Assembly: GCA_003990765.1 (NCBI GenBank)
Contig: RBNJ01000024.1
Span: forward strand, 1 to 51,052
Reading direction: 5' to 3'
DNA from: Jimgerdemannia flammicorona
Lineage: Eukaryota
DNA: 51,052 bases
Shown here: piece after piece, positions 1 to 12,009 of the stretch
Layout: the number at the start of each line of letters is the position of its first letter
Position numbering within the stretch: the first letter of the stretch is position 1
The notes under the pieces: generated by a model
The model's database searches: none
Told to the model about the DNA's origin: nothing
What the model saw: only the letters and a program-made list of their open reading frames with translations
Made by a program: the position numbers and the translations under genes

Positions 1-822
1 AAACATCAAGAACTCTTCTATGAGTACAACACCTTTATTCCCTGCCTCCGAGTCACTACCAGCGAAATGGTTGCTACCTTATCCTATGGCCAAATCGATG
101 ACATGATACAAGAAATCAACCACAAGTACCTCGAATATGTCCAGACTACAGACAGAACCTTCCCGCACCCTGATGACCATATCCTGCAAATGCCTCAAGT
201 CGGATATACCATGAAGGATGTCTATGATATAATCCACTTCGACGAAGATGAAGCAGAAGACAATGATCTCTCTGACGCCGACATGACCTCTAGCCAAGGA
301 TCTCTGCCAACCCTGATCACTCTGCCAATCTTGCCGATGAACTTACAACAGTTCATAACTGCATACGAGACTTATTGGGACAATGACCACTGGCACAAAT
401 ACCAACCCGCATTCACCCCTGACTACTTCAACTACAATGAAGAGACCGGAGAACACAACCTATACCTCCAGACAACCCTCGAGATTGAACCAACCACTCC
501 ACCACCTGAGTATGAGCGACATGAACCACAGCTGCCAGCTTACTACAATCCTGCGACTCATAGTGCTGTAACCTATAGAAGATATGCAGACAGCGAATCT
601 GACGAAAGCGAAGACAATACACCCATCCTTCGCCCACCAACACCTTATCCAGCATACGAAACAGATGATGCTATCCTGTGGGATGGAGATGAAGTCCCAA
701 TGTATTACTACCTCAGCCAACAAGGAGAAGTAATCCGCGAACCACTCTTCCTAGATGACTACTTCATCAGAGATGATGCAATCGAGAGTGATGTCATCAA
801 GGACTACCCAGACAGCACCTAA
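1..822 (+). CDS. LTR-embedded (U3) ORF, acidic protein of unknown function; N-terminus outside the window
   Basis: The frame is open from base 1 to TAA at 822 (track ORF 67..822). The 3' LTR copy shows the full ORF from ATG 8324 to 9421. It lies upstream of the LTR TATA box. Confidence 0.7.
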   Translation, partial: KHQELFYEYNTFIPCLRVTTSEMVATLSYGQIDDMIQEINHKYLEYVQTTDRTFPHPDDHILQMPQVGYTMKDVYDIIHFDEDEAEDNDLSDADMTSSQGSLPTLITLPILPMNLQQFITAYETYWDNDHWHKYQPAFTPDYFNYNEETGEHNLYLQTTLEIEPTTPPPEYERHEPQLPAYYNPATHSAVTYRRYADSESDESEDNTPILRPPTPYPAYETDDAILWDGDEVPMYYYLSQQGEVIREPLFLDDYFIRDDAIESDVIKDYPDST

Positions 823-1011
823 ACCTATAAGTAGTCTAGCAGTCATAGTATAGATAGATTAGCCTTATATGATGTGACTGTGAACTGACTCAGCAGTCAG
901 ACAATCGCTTGACATGTCAGATCACACTTGTACTACATGACTGCATTCCGACTCAGCAAGGCACTTAGTACTACATCCATATCTAGCATAGTCCAGATAG
1001 CCCCTCACTAG

Positions 1012-1151
1012 TATAAATACCCCCTCCCCCAGACCTCAGAATCTCAGACTTGAAAGACTTGAACAATCCGAACACAACTTCTGAGCACTTCCCCACAATA
1101 TCTCTTCACACAAATACTCCTAGTATAGCAATATCATGAATAGCAAATAAA
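1012..1151 (+). promoter_or_regulatory. LTR TATA box (TATAAAT 1012-1018) and poly(A) signal (AATAAA 1146-1151)
   Basis: GTATAAATACCCC motif, duplicated at ~9610. The same motif occurs in the LTR of element 2 (minus strand, 14861-14873). Confidence 0.6.
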
Positions 1152-1513
1152 CCTATTCCATAACCCACAAACCACTCTTAAGTAAATCCGCTCCCTGTTA
1201 GGTCCTACTCCTAACCCCATCACGAAATTTCCTAATTGGGTATTGTCTGCAGCGATACGCCAATTCAACTAAGCTGGTCTTAGTTTCCTGAACTTCCTGA
1301 AATACGGAAAATTCTAAATATCCAGAACTAGTCCGAAAAAGGACTTTGGTTGAGACGTCAACCCGATCTTGAAATCAATAAGCATAGAGGATGTACTCCA
1401 TATGAAATTGATCTTGACCATAAAGAAAACGGTCTTCCAGCACATCTAGAATATCCAGAAAACCCTTCCAGAACTACGTAACGGTCACCCTAAAAAGTAA
1501 CCCTCTTACAACT

Positions 1514-1525
1514 TGGTAGCAGTGG
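1514..1525 (+). promoter_or_regulatory. Primer binding site (TGGTAGCAGTGG), probably initiator tRNA-Met
   Basis: Starts with TGG three bases after the LTR CA end and resembles the complement of tRNA-iMet 3' ends; tRNA identity is inferred. Confidence 0.7.
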
Positions 1526-2516
1526 TTTACAATCCAATTCCGCTTCAAGATGCTTCCTCACCCTGCTACAAACCCCTCTGCAAATTCCTACAAGTTGGTA
1601 TAAAGCCCAACCTCTGAACTGGAATTTATCCGAACCATCTGATAATCTGGAGAGAATTGAACCTGACATACAAGGACAATTTGACCTCCACACCTGCAAC
1701 AAGTGGGATAAACTTCATTCAAAGAAAGAAGTACTCAAGTTAAACCAGTAAATAGGTGAAACCCTATTCACCGAACTCCTTGCACTATATCCAGCAAGTC
1801 AAGATGAAGAAGGTCTTATTGAAGCCTTCTTTACTCTTCTCAATAAGAGTTTTGTCAGCTCCACAAATCCGAGTGACCTAGGACAACCAGCAGTGGTCTT
1901 TCTAGCCTTAGTTCCTCACGAAGCCCAAGCCCCTGTAGTCAAGTGGCTCAACTCTACTGACTTTCACCACACCAGGACCAAGACCGCCTTATACTACCGA
2001 TTCCAGAACAGCAAGGCCTGCCATATCCTCAAAGAAGAAGCAAGAGAAACCCTTCATCAACTACCTGACCTCAAACCTGAAGCAGGCCCTGCTACAACTC
2101 TACCTGAATCTGAAACCAATACCGAACCTGAACTTGACTTTGAATTAAGTCCATTTGAAATCAGATATACAACTGATTCTGTCTACTTTGACGCCGAGCA
2201 AACCCAATTACACGAGGACCAAACCGAAGAAGAGGAGGAGTATCTCACTGAATTCGATCCCGGATACACCACCGAAGGAGACACACACCCATCAGGACAG
2301 AATACACCTACACAGCAACAAACAGCTATCTATCAAGCCCTCACTCCAGATCCACAACTACTACTCCAGCAACTTACACAGACCCAAAGAACCCCATCAC
2401 ACTCTGCACCAGTACCTCAAGTAGTACCAGTAACACCACTACCAGCAGTCCAACCACCTCCAGTAAACAACATAGTGAACCAACAGATTCTAGACCTTAC
2501 AGCTCAAGTAGCTATA

Positions 2517-3470
2517 ATGGCAGCAACCATCACTGCCTTAGCTGAACAGACCCGACCTACCAAAAATCTGAGCCTACCTACCTTCAATGGCACTGCACAA
2601 GAAGTCTAAAGCTTTATTAGTATAGTTGACACCAACTTCGAAGCCAATCAATGGACTAATGAGCGAGTTGCTGACCACGTTCTGACAAACAATCAAGACC
2701 ACACCCTGGAACAACTCTTTGCTACAACTACAACTATAGCCTATGTCCACCAAGTTGTTACATTCTTCTGAGGACCTGCCGAAGAATGGTGGTGAACCCT
2801 TCCTGAAAAACCCCTCACATGGGATACCCGACCTGCAGTAGTTGCCCAGAATGCAGCAAACAATGCCCCAGGATATGGAGCCCATCCTGCAGCCCCTGGA
2901 CTCAAACAACTCATGATTGTTCAATATCGCAGTGAAACCATGATTGCTGAATCTCGAGTAAAACTCCGCAACCTCAAATTTGACATACATGGCAAAGAAG
3001 AATTCGAAACCTTCTGTACAAAACTCGAGTCACTCCTGAACACTGTTGGCCTAGGATACATTGCCAATGATGAAGCACAAAATGGTACAAGAGCAGACCA
3101 CTTATTCGATGCTCTGCCTGAATGGCTTACTAGAAAAATCCGAGAACAAGGCCACCCAGTTGGTTGTGATCACCAACAATGGTGCCTGGCAAGAATCAAG
3201 ACTATGGTCAAGCGAATCCTAACAGCTGGACCAATTCTGCCCCGAAGGCAATTCAATAACAAGGAAAGGACTTGGACTAAGAAAGAAAAACCCAAGCATG
3301 AAGCATCCTGAGCTCCCTCCACATCCACCTCTTGGACACCCAGAAATCATGAACCCACCCAGCCAGTACCTTCAAGAAACTTACTGAAGGCGAAAGGAAT
3401 GAACTTTGAAGAAGTGGAGCATGCTTCTATTGCCGAAAGACAGGACACATGACCAGTGCCTGCCCTAACT
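2517..3470 (+). pseudogene. gag: gag (capsid plus CCHC zinc knuckle), disrupted
   Basis: Retrotransposon capsid-like LPTFNG...EWW segment; CFYCRKTGHMTSAC knuckle at 3422-3463; internal stops and a frameshift. Confidence 0.8.
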
Positions 3471-3541
3471 AAAAACCCCAAACAGCAACCCGAGCAACGG
3501 TTACCACTCTGCATCACCTCAACAACCTGACCACCAGAACA

Positions 3542-3952
3542 CTAGACTTTGTAAAGTTAAGACAAACTGCTAAGGCCCCAACCAAAGGAAGTCAAAAGGC
3601 AGCTGGATATAACCTGTATGCAGCCGAAGAAGTTACAGTTTCCAACCGAGAAGTCAAACAAGTCTACACAGGAATTAGTATCCAAATTCCTGAAGGACAT
3701 ATTGGAAGAATATGCTGTCGCAGCAGCCTAGCACTGAAAGGACTCTCAGTAGAAGGAGGAGTCATTGATGAAGATTATACAGGCGAAATCATTGTCCTCA
3801 TCTGAAACCACAGTTGGACACCCTTCAAGATCCCTATTGGCTTCTGCATTGCCCAGATCCTATTTGAAAAAATCGAGTCAACCCTGACAGTCAAAGAAGT
3901 CTCTGAACTACTACCCACCATCCGAGGATCCAAAGGATTTGGCTCATCAAAC
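3542..3952 (+). pseudogene. dut: dUTPase domain between the zinc knuckle and protease
   Basis: Manual translation shows all five dUTPase motifs: AAGYNLYA, CRSSLA, GGVIDEDYTGEI, IAQILF, RGSKGFGSS. One TGA; same frame as pol. Confidence 0.92.
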
Positions 3953-4165
3953 AAAGCTACAGCTCAACCTACCATAAGCAAAGAAGAACAATTCTACAAG
4001 AAGATCGAAGATGGATATGTACCAAGTGGCTGATGCCCTCACGGTATTGGAATGTACTCTTCCCGAATAATTGATGATTGCTTCTCTTGTGTCAACGAAC
4101 TGGCTCAAAGAAGAACCAACAGAAGAAAGGCTCCTACAACTGAAATCACCACTATTGGATCAGAC

Positions 4166-7100
4166 AAACTGCTCACCCTTAAGGCTTTTGTCAATGGAGC
4201 ACCTGTCAAGATTATAATAGACAGTAGTGTCTCAGGCAACTTCATCAATGAGGAGACAGCCAACAGACTCAAGGTCTTCACCTCCCCAGTACAGCAAACT
4301 CAAGCAGTTGCTACAGCTGATGGAACCTCACATGTTATTAGCAAAGAAGTCTGCAATCTACCCTTCTGAATTGGCGACTACCGAGTACATGTTACCCTCC
4401 AAATCGTACCACTTCCTGACAATGAAATCATCCTTGGAACCCCATGGTTAAAACAAGAGAACCCCATGATCGATTGGGTAAACCACTCTCTGACCATTAA
4501 GAAAGGACGCCACAACTTCAAACTACAAGGCGAAAAGGACCTACTCAACTCTAGTGACCCTGGACCAAAGATCACCCACATCAACAAGCTATAACTCAAG
4601 AAATTGGCCAAGAAATGCCCTCTCTTTGCCATCTCCATCCGACCATCCAAAGGAGAACCCTAGAACTCTGAAGAAGATTTTTCCAAAGTTGACAGCCATG
4701 TCAGACCACTACTCCAGAAATTCCGAGACATATTCCCAAAGAAGCTCCTGAAAGGCCTACCTCCCAAACGAGCAGTAGACCATACAATCAAGACTATCCC
4801 AGATGCCAAACCAGCCTTCAAGTCAATCTACCACATGTCTCTAAGAGAAATTGATACACTCAAGAAAGAAATCGATGAACTTCTAGAACAAGGATTCATC
4901 AGACCTAGCATATCACCCTATGATGCACCAGTCCTCTTTGTTGTCAAGAAAGGAGGAGACCTACGAATGTGTATTGACTACCGTGATCTCAATGAACAGA
5001 CTATCAAGAACTGTTGCCCACTACCAAGAATCAATGAAATATTTGATAGACTTACCAACCCACAATTCATGAGCTCTTTTGACCTGCGAAATGGTTACTG
5101 GCAAATTGCCATGAAAGAAGAAGACATCTACAAGACAGCTTTCCAAACTCGCTATGGACACTTCGAGTTCCTGGTTATGCTCTTTGGCTTAACTAATGCT
5201 CCAGCAACCTTCCAGACACTGATGAATACCATTCTGCATCCATACCTGGACAAATTCGTTGTTGTCTACATTGACGACATCCTAGTCTTCAGCAAAACCC
5301 TAGAAGAACATCTTGAATACCTTGAACTAGTACTACTGAAACTCCGAGAAAACAGACTTTTTGCAAAACTCAGCAAGTGCGAATTTCTTCTGAAAGAAAT
5401 TCAATTCCTTGGACACATTGTCACCCCAAATGGAATCAAAGTGGACCCCAGTAAAATCTCTGCAATCAAGGATTGGCCCAGACCCAAGAAGCTGAAAGAC
5501 CTCCAGTCATTCCTGGGATTAGCAAACTATTACAGGCGATTTGTTGCCAACTTTGCTAAAATCGCTACCACCCTCACTCAAATGACCAAGCACAACAAGA
5601 AACAAGAACAACCCTGGACCATGAAACAAGAGAAAGACTTCAACAATCTTGTAAATTGGGGACCCGAACAAGATACTGCCTTTCAAGCGCTGAAAGATGC
5701 CCTGATAACCACACCAGTACTTCAAGCGGCAAATCCTGCCCTACTATATGAAGTCACCACTGATGCCTCTGACCTAGCTCTTGGAGCAGTACTCATGCAA
5801 GAAGGACACCCTGTGGCCTATCACTCCTGCAAGTTCAATGATGCCGAAATCAACTACACAACTCACGAAAAGGAAATGCTAGCCATCGTAAACACTCTGA
5901 TCAAATGGCGACTATATCTAGAAGAAGCACACTTCACTATATTGACTGACCACAAGTCATTAGTCAACATCAAGACACAGGCTACTCTTTCTCGAAAGCA
6001 AGCTAGATGGATGAAAGTTCTCACCAACTTTGACTACGAAATCCAGTACCACCCTGGCAAGGAAAATATTGTTGCCGATGCAATCTCCAGACTACCAATC
6101 GAAGAGGTTATCCAAACTCTGACCTTGGTTACCAACACTATCATGGAACAAATCATTGCAGCATATGTTGATGATAAAGAAGCTCAAGCACTCCGAGAAA
6201 TCCTGAACAATGATGATACCAACAAGCATACCCGGTACAATCAATACCAACTCAAGGACAATGCTATCTACTATAAGAACAGACTGTATGTCCCAAACAA
6301 CCGAGACCTCCGAAGGACTATCCTATTTGAATGTCATGATGCCCCTACAGCTGGACATTTAGGATTTGACAAATGTTACGAAGTTATCTCCCGAAACTTC
6401 TATTGGCCCCACATGGCAGATCAGCTCAAAACCTATATCACTTCCTGTGATGCCTGCTAACGAAACAAGTCCTCAACACTAGCAAAACCCGGCTTACTTC
6501 ACCCTATTCCAGTACCATCCGCAAATTGGGAACAAATCTCTATGGACTTCATTGTACAACTACCCTGAACCAAGAACGAGAAAGATGCAATTGTTGTCTT
6601 TGTGGACTATCTCAGCAAACAAGCCCACTTTGTGCCTACTACTACTACTGCAACAGCACCAGACATAGCCACACTCTTATTTGACAACATCTTCTGCTAT
6701 CATGGTCTTCCCAAGATCATTGTTAGTGACCGAGATCCGAAATTTACCAGCCACTTTTGGAAAGCCCTCCATGCATACCTTGGAACGAAACTCACACTAT
6801 CCACAGCCTTTTACCCTGAAACTGATGGCCAAACTGAAAGAATGAACCGAACTCTGGAACAAATACTAAGGAACTATGTCTCCTACAGACAAGATGATTG
6901 GCATGAACATCTCACTGCAGTCGAGTTTGCCTACAACAACAGCAAGCAAGCCTCTCTTGGAATGACCCCATTCTTCACTAATACTGGACAAAACCCAAAC
7001 ACCCCTTTGACACTTATCTGAACTACTGAAGAACCCTCTACAGTCGAAGCTGTTGAAGAATTCCTACTCCGAATGCGCAATCTAAGCCAGATCGCAATTG

Positions 7101-7609
7101 AGAATTTATCACGAGCTCAAGAACAACAGTCACAGTATATTAACCAACACTACCGAGAAGAAACCTTCGACATTGGAGAAAAAGTTCTACTGAACATCAG
7201 AGGATACCGAGTTGACAACCTCAAGTACAGACTATCTACAAAGCTGAACAGCAAGTTCATTGGACCATTCGAAGTCATTGCACAAGTCTCTCCAACCTCC
7301 TACAAACTGGCGCTACCAGATACCATTAAGATTCACCCAGTCTTTAATGTTTAACGTCTAAAGCGATACAATGACAATGATGATGAGCTATTTCCAAACC
7401 GAACCACCAAACCACCTACACCTGTCATCATTAATGACCAAGAAGAATACAAAGTTGAACAAATCCTCAACAAACATGGTAACAAGAACCATCCTGAGTA
7501 CCTTGTCAAATGGAAAGGTTACCTGATCCATGATGCAACCTGAGAACCCAAGACCAATCTTCAGAATGCTACTGACCTAGTTCAGGAATATGATTCTTTG
7601 AACAACTAG
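4166..7609 (+). pseudogene. pol: pol: protease, RT, RNase H, integrase, chromodomain
   Basis: Protease [25 protein letters not shown] and [52 protein letters not shown] and GPF; chromodomain EYKVEQIL...YLVKWKGY...T*EP at ~7442-7609. Confidence 0.96.
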
Positions 7610-8021
7610 AACCAAATACTCTGCACCTATCCATACATACTATATATTACCCTCCTGAACATTATAAACTATCATGAACCAAGTCAAGAACTCAGCAAAA
7701 CAAGACAAGAATACCGACCCTCTGGAAAAATAGCAAAACTGAAAGCAAGCCTATTCTCCCTGTACTACTGGTGGGAAACAAGGCATAGACATTTAAGAAG
7801 ATTCCTTAAGGGAAATTCTCCAGCAGTGAATGATGTCAGAATCACTTCCGGTGTATGGCATTGAACACACGACTCTTTAACGTGTGAATCCAACGCGTTA
7901 GGCAACTGTACTACGAGCATGCCACTTTCTAAGAAAATGGACCTTATCAGACTTTTGACCTCCCAAATGGTATAACAACACTAGAACAAATTAGAAGGCC
8001 CCAATGAGGACATTGAAAGCT

Positions 8022-8034
8022 AAGAAGGGGAGAG
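8022..8034 (+). promoter_or_regulatory. Polypurine tract
   Basis: AAGAAGGGGAGAG immediately before the TGTAAG start of the 3' LTR. Confidence 0.85.
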
Positions 8035-8035
8035 T

Positions 8036-10109
8036 TGTAAGCACACAACCTCCAAGCCACCAAAATTACATGTCACCCTCTGAACAAGCCACTGAAATCA
8101 CACACGACCTCCGAACAAATCTGGAAATCACCTGCTTGATCACAAAGCTGAGTCAAACTGAAGTCATAGTGCACAAAGCTGAGTCAATACAAAGTCACAG
8201 AACACAAGATCTACATAAACGGAACCTTACCAATTAGGACCAAATGCATATATACTGAGCACTGAGATGCGTCAAATCAGAGAACCAAAACAAACAACAA
8301 CCACAACTTCTAAACACACAAACATGACCACTGAGATCTACAACCGCATCCGTGCTGACATTTGGAATGCCATTGTCAACCGAGCCACACCCCCTCTACC
8401 CCTCATGAATATCCATAGCCTAGCACCCCTCTACTTCGTGGAAGCCTGATGGAATGCCCTGAACATGCTTAGTGAGGCCCACCGAATCGGACAAATCTCA
8501 AGCTACTACCAGATCGGCCACCTCCTAGAAGACATGATCGAACACCACCATAATACAGATATTACCCAGATGTCTCAACACCAGAAGCTCATCGCCTGCA
8601 AACATCGAGAACTCTTCTACGAGTACAACACCTTTATTCCCCGCCTCCGAGTCACTACCAGCGAAATGGTTGCTACCTTATCCTATGGCCAAATCGATGA
8701 CATGATATAAGAAATCAACTACAAGTACCTCGAATATGTCCAGACTACAGACAGAACCTTCCCGCACCCTGATGACCATATCCTACAAATGCCTCAAGTC
8801 AGATACGCCATGAAGGATGTCTATGATATAATCCACTTCGATGAAGACGAAGCAGAAGACAATGATCTCTCTGATGCCGACATGACCTCTAGCCAAGGAT
8901 CTCTGCCAACCCTGATCACTCCGCCAACCTTGCCAATGAACTTACAACAGTTCATAACTGCATACGAGACTTATTGGGACAATGACCACTGGCACGAATA
9001 CCAACCTGCATTCACTCCCGACTACTTCAACTACAATGAAGAGACCAGAGAACACAACCTGTACCTCCAGACAACCCTCGAGATTGAACCAACCACTCCA
9101 CCACCTGAGTACGAGTAACATGAACCACAGCCGCCAGCTTACTACAATCCTGCAACTCATAGTACTGTAACCTATAGAAGGTACGCAGACAGCGAATCCG
9201 ACGAAAGTGAAGACAATACACCCATCCTTCGCCCACCAATATCTTATCCAGCATACGAAACAGACGATGCTATCCTGTGGGATGGAGATGAAGTCCCAAT
9301 GTATTACTACCTCAGCCAACAAGGAGAAGTAATCCGTGAACCACTCTTCCTAGATGACTACTTCATCAGAGATGATGCAATCAAGAGTGATATCATCGAG
9401 GACTACCCAGACAGCACCTAAACCTATAAGTAGTCTAGCAGTCATAGTATAGATAGATTAGTCTTGTACGACATGACTGTGAACTGACTCAGCAGTCAGA
9501 CGATCGCTTGGCATGTCAGATCACACTTGTACTACGTGACTGCATTCCAACTCAACAAGGCACTTAGTGCTACATCCATATCTAGCATAGTCCAGATAGC
9601 CCCTCACTAGTATAAATACCCCCTCCCCCAGACCTCAGAATCTCAGACTTGAAAGACTTGAACAATCCGAACACAACTCCTGAGCACTTTTCCATAATAT
9701 CTCTTTACACAAATACTCCTAGTATAGCAATATCATGAATAGCAAATAAACCTATTCCATAACCCACAAACCACTCTTAAGTAAATCTGCTCCCTGTTAG
9801 GTCCTACTCCTAACCCCGTCACGAAATTTCCTAATTTGGTATTGTCTGCAGTGATACGCCAATTCAACTAAGCTGGTCTTAGTTTCCTGAACTTCCTGAA
9901 ATATGGAAAATCCTAAATATCCAGAACTAGTCCGAAAAAGGACTTTGGTTGAGACATCAACCCGATCTTGAAATCAATAAGCGTAGAGGACATACTCCAT
10001 ACGAAATTGATCTTGACCATAAAGAAAACGGTCTTCTAGCACATCCAGAATATCCAGAAAACCCTTCCAGAACTACATAATGGTCACTCTAAAAAGTAAC
10101 CCTCTTACA
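8036..10109 (+). repeat. 3' LTR of element 1 (2074 bp)
   Basis: TGTAAG...CTTACA inverted termini, preceded by the PPT; matches the 5' LTR. Confidence 0.95.
8324..9421 (+). pseudogene. 3' LTR copy of the U3-embedded ORF (365 codons, three premature stops)
   Basis: Track ORFs 8267, 8465 and 8789 share one frame. The stops at 8708 (TAA) and 9116 (TAA) are CAA and CGA in the 5' LTR; TGA 8447 is plausibly from CGA. Confidence 0.75.
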
Positions 10110-11950
10110 CTATTGCAATGTGGTGGAAGGGGATAGGCTCAATTCTTGATGACCTGGGTGCCTGGTCTTGCTGATCTTGTTTCTGTTTTTGGTACTTATT
10201 ATATCCTTTGACAAATTGGCACAGGTCTTCTTCCATCTTGGGCCACTATATAGTTCTTCTTACTTTGTCATATATATTAGTTTCTCCTAAGTATCCTTGC
10301 TCATGTACTTCCTTCATTACTTGATACTTCTTATATTTGGGTATTACTAGCTTTTCTCCTTTTCTGAGTGTAGTGTTATCTAGTTCAAACTGTTTTCAAG
10401 TCCAGTTGATAATAGAGATTGTCCAGAGTTTGAGGTGGTTGGGCATCTTCCACTGCCCAAAGTAGCTGATTAATCCATAGTATAGCTCTTTATTCATATT
10501 GAATAGTCTTGATAGAGGTGTTTCGGGGCATCCTTGAGAGTGTATCGGCATTGGTATTGGTCTTTCCTGAGTGGTGCTTAACAGTACAGTCATACTCTTA
10601 CAGCCTGTAGATTCATCTGGCATATATTTCTTTGAGGTTTAGAGTGTAGAATAGCTAGACAAGAGTGGAGTGGTCTGTTTGAATAGTGAAGTATTTTCTG
10701 GCTAGATAGTAGTGGAACTTGTCTACTGCCCAAAATACTGCTAACATTCAAGCTTGCATAACTTGTAGTTCTGTTCTACTCCATGGGTACCTTGGCTTGT
10801 ATAGGAGATGACATATTCATGTCCATCTTTCTTCTGAGCTAGGACTGCTCTAAGTCCTATAGCACTCGCATCTGTCTACAGGATGAATTCTAGGTTCCAG
10901 TCTGGTCTTCTGAGGATAGGTGCTTGGGTCAACCTGATCTTGAGTTCATTGAAGGTTTCTTGGTACTCCTTGGTCCATTCGAATTTGGTTTCCTTCTTCA
11001 GTAGCTTGTAGATAGGTGCTGCAATATTGGAGTATCCTTTGATGAACCTTCTGTAGTAGCTGGCCAGTCCAAGGAAGGCATAGACTTCTGTAGTTGTTCT
11101 GGGTCTTGAGTAGGCTGCAACAGCCTCAATCTTCATGAGGTCTGTGTGAATTCTGATCTGGTTGATGAGGTGTCCTAGATAGGTGATTTCTTGAGCTGCA
11201 AACTTGTATTTATTGGGCTTGATGTAGAGGCCATGCTCCTTGAGCTTCTTGAGGGCTAGCTGTATGTAATTGACATGTTCCCATATAGTGTTACTGAAGA
11301 TGATCATATCATTAATATAGACAAAGAGCTATTTTCCAATCTCATTGCTGAAGACTCTGTTCATCATTTGCTGGAAACTTGCTGGGGCATTGCACATTCC
11401 AAATGGCATTCACAGGTAGATATAGGTGGCATCAGATATGATGAAGGCTAATTTCTCACTAGCATCTTGAGTGAGACCAATCTGATAGAAGCCTGAGAAC
11501 AGATCTAAGGTGGTGTAGTATTTGGCTTTGCTTCTAAGGATGGTAAGGATTTCTTGAATATTTGGCAAGAGCTGCCTATCCTTCTTGGTGATGGCATTGA
11601 GCTTTCTGTAGTCAATGCAGAGTCTTGATGCAAACTCTCCAGATTTGCTTTCTTTCTTTAGGACAAGGACAATGGGTGAGTCCCAGAGGCTGATAGCTTG
11701 CTTAATGATTCCAGCTTCTTCCATTTCCTTGAGTTCTACTTGCAGCCACTCTCTGTAGGCAGGTGGTATGGGTCTGGCTTTCTGGTAGATGGGCTTGGTA
11801 TCACCAGTGTCAACTTCGTGGTAGTACTTGGGTTCTTGATTGTGGATATTCCTGAAGTCTGTAGCAAGTACTTCTTCATTCTGATGCAGGATCTTGAGAA
11901 GTTGTTCTTCCAGGGGAAAGTTTTCTCCAATAGTGTATGTATGCTTGTTC
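10110..11950 (-). pseudogene. pol: pol of element 2: RT, RNase H, start of integrase
   Basis: ORFs 11410..12102, 10876..11307 and 10396..10623 carry RT/RH motifs (FLGLASYYRRFI, APILRRPDW); many stops. Confidence 0.9.
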
Positions 11951-12009
11951 TGGTCCTTGTCTTTCTTGTGCTCAAGTTCAGTAATCTTGGTGGCAGCATA
12001 GACTCTTCT

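Larger units (their letters stand above)
1..1510 (+). repeat. 5' LTR (partial) of Gypsy element 1
   Basis: Near-identical to 8600-10109; ends ...CCTCTTACA immediately before the PBS. Confidence 0.95.
1..10109 (+). mobile_element. Ty3/Gypsy LTR retrotransposon (chromovirus) with dUTPase and ~2.07 kb ORF-containing LTRs; degenerate, 5' LTR truncated by the window edge
   Basis: 1-1510 is repeated at 8600-10109 (offset 8599). PBS follows the 5' LTR and a PPT precedes the 3' LTR. Internal order is gag/CCHC, dUTPase, PR, RT (YIDD), RH, IN, chromodomain, with scattered CGA/CAA>stop changes. Confidence 0.97.

Noticed and set aside
7610-8021. Possible extra ORF between the chromodomain and the PPT
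   Set aside because: No sustained frame or recognisable motif; treated as 3' UTR.
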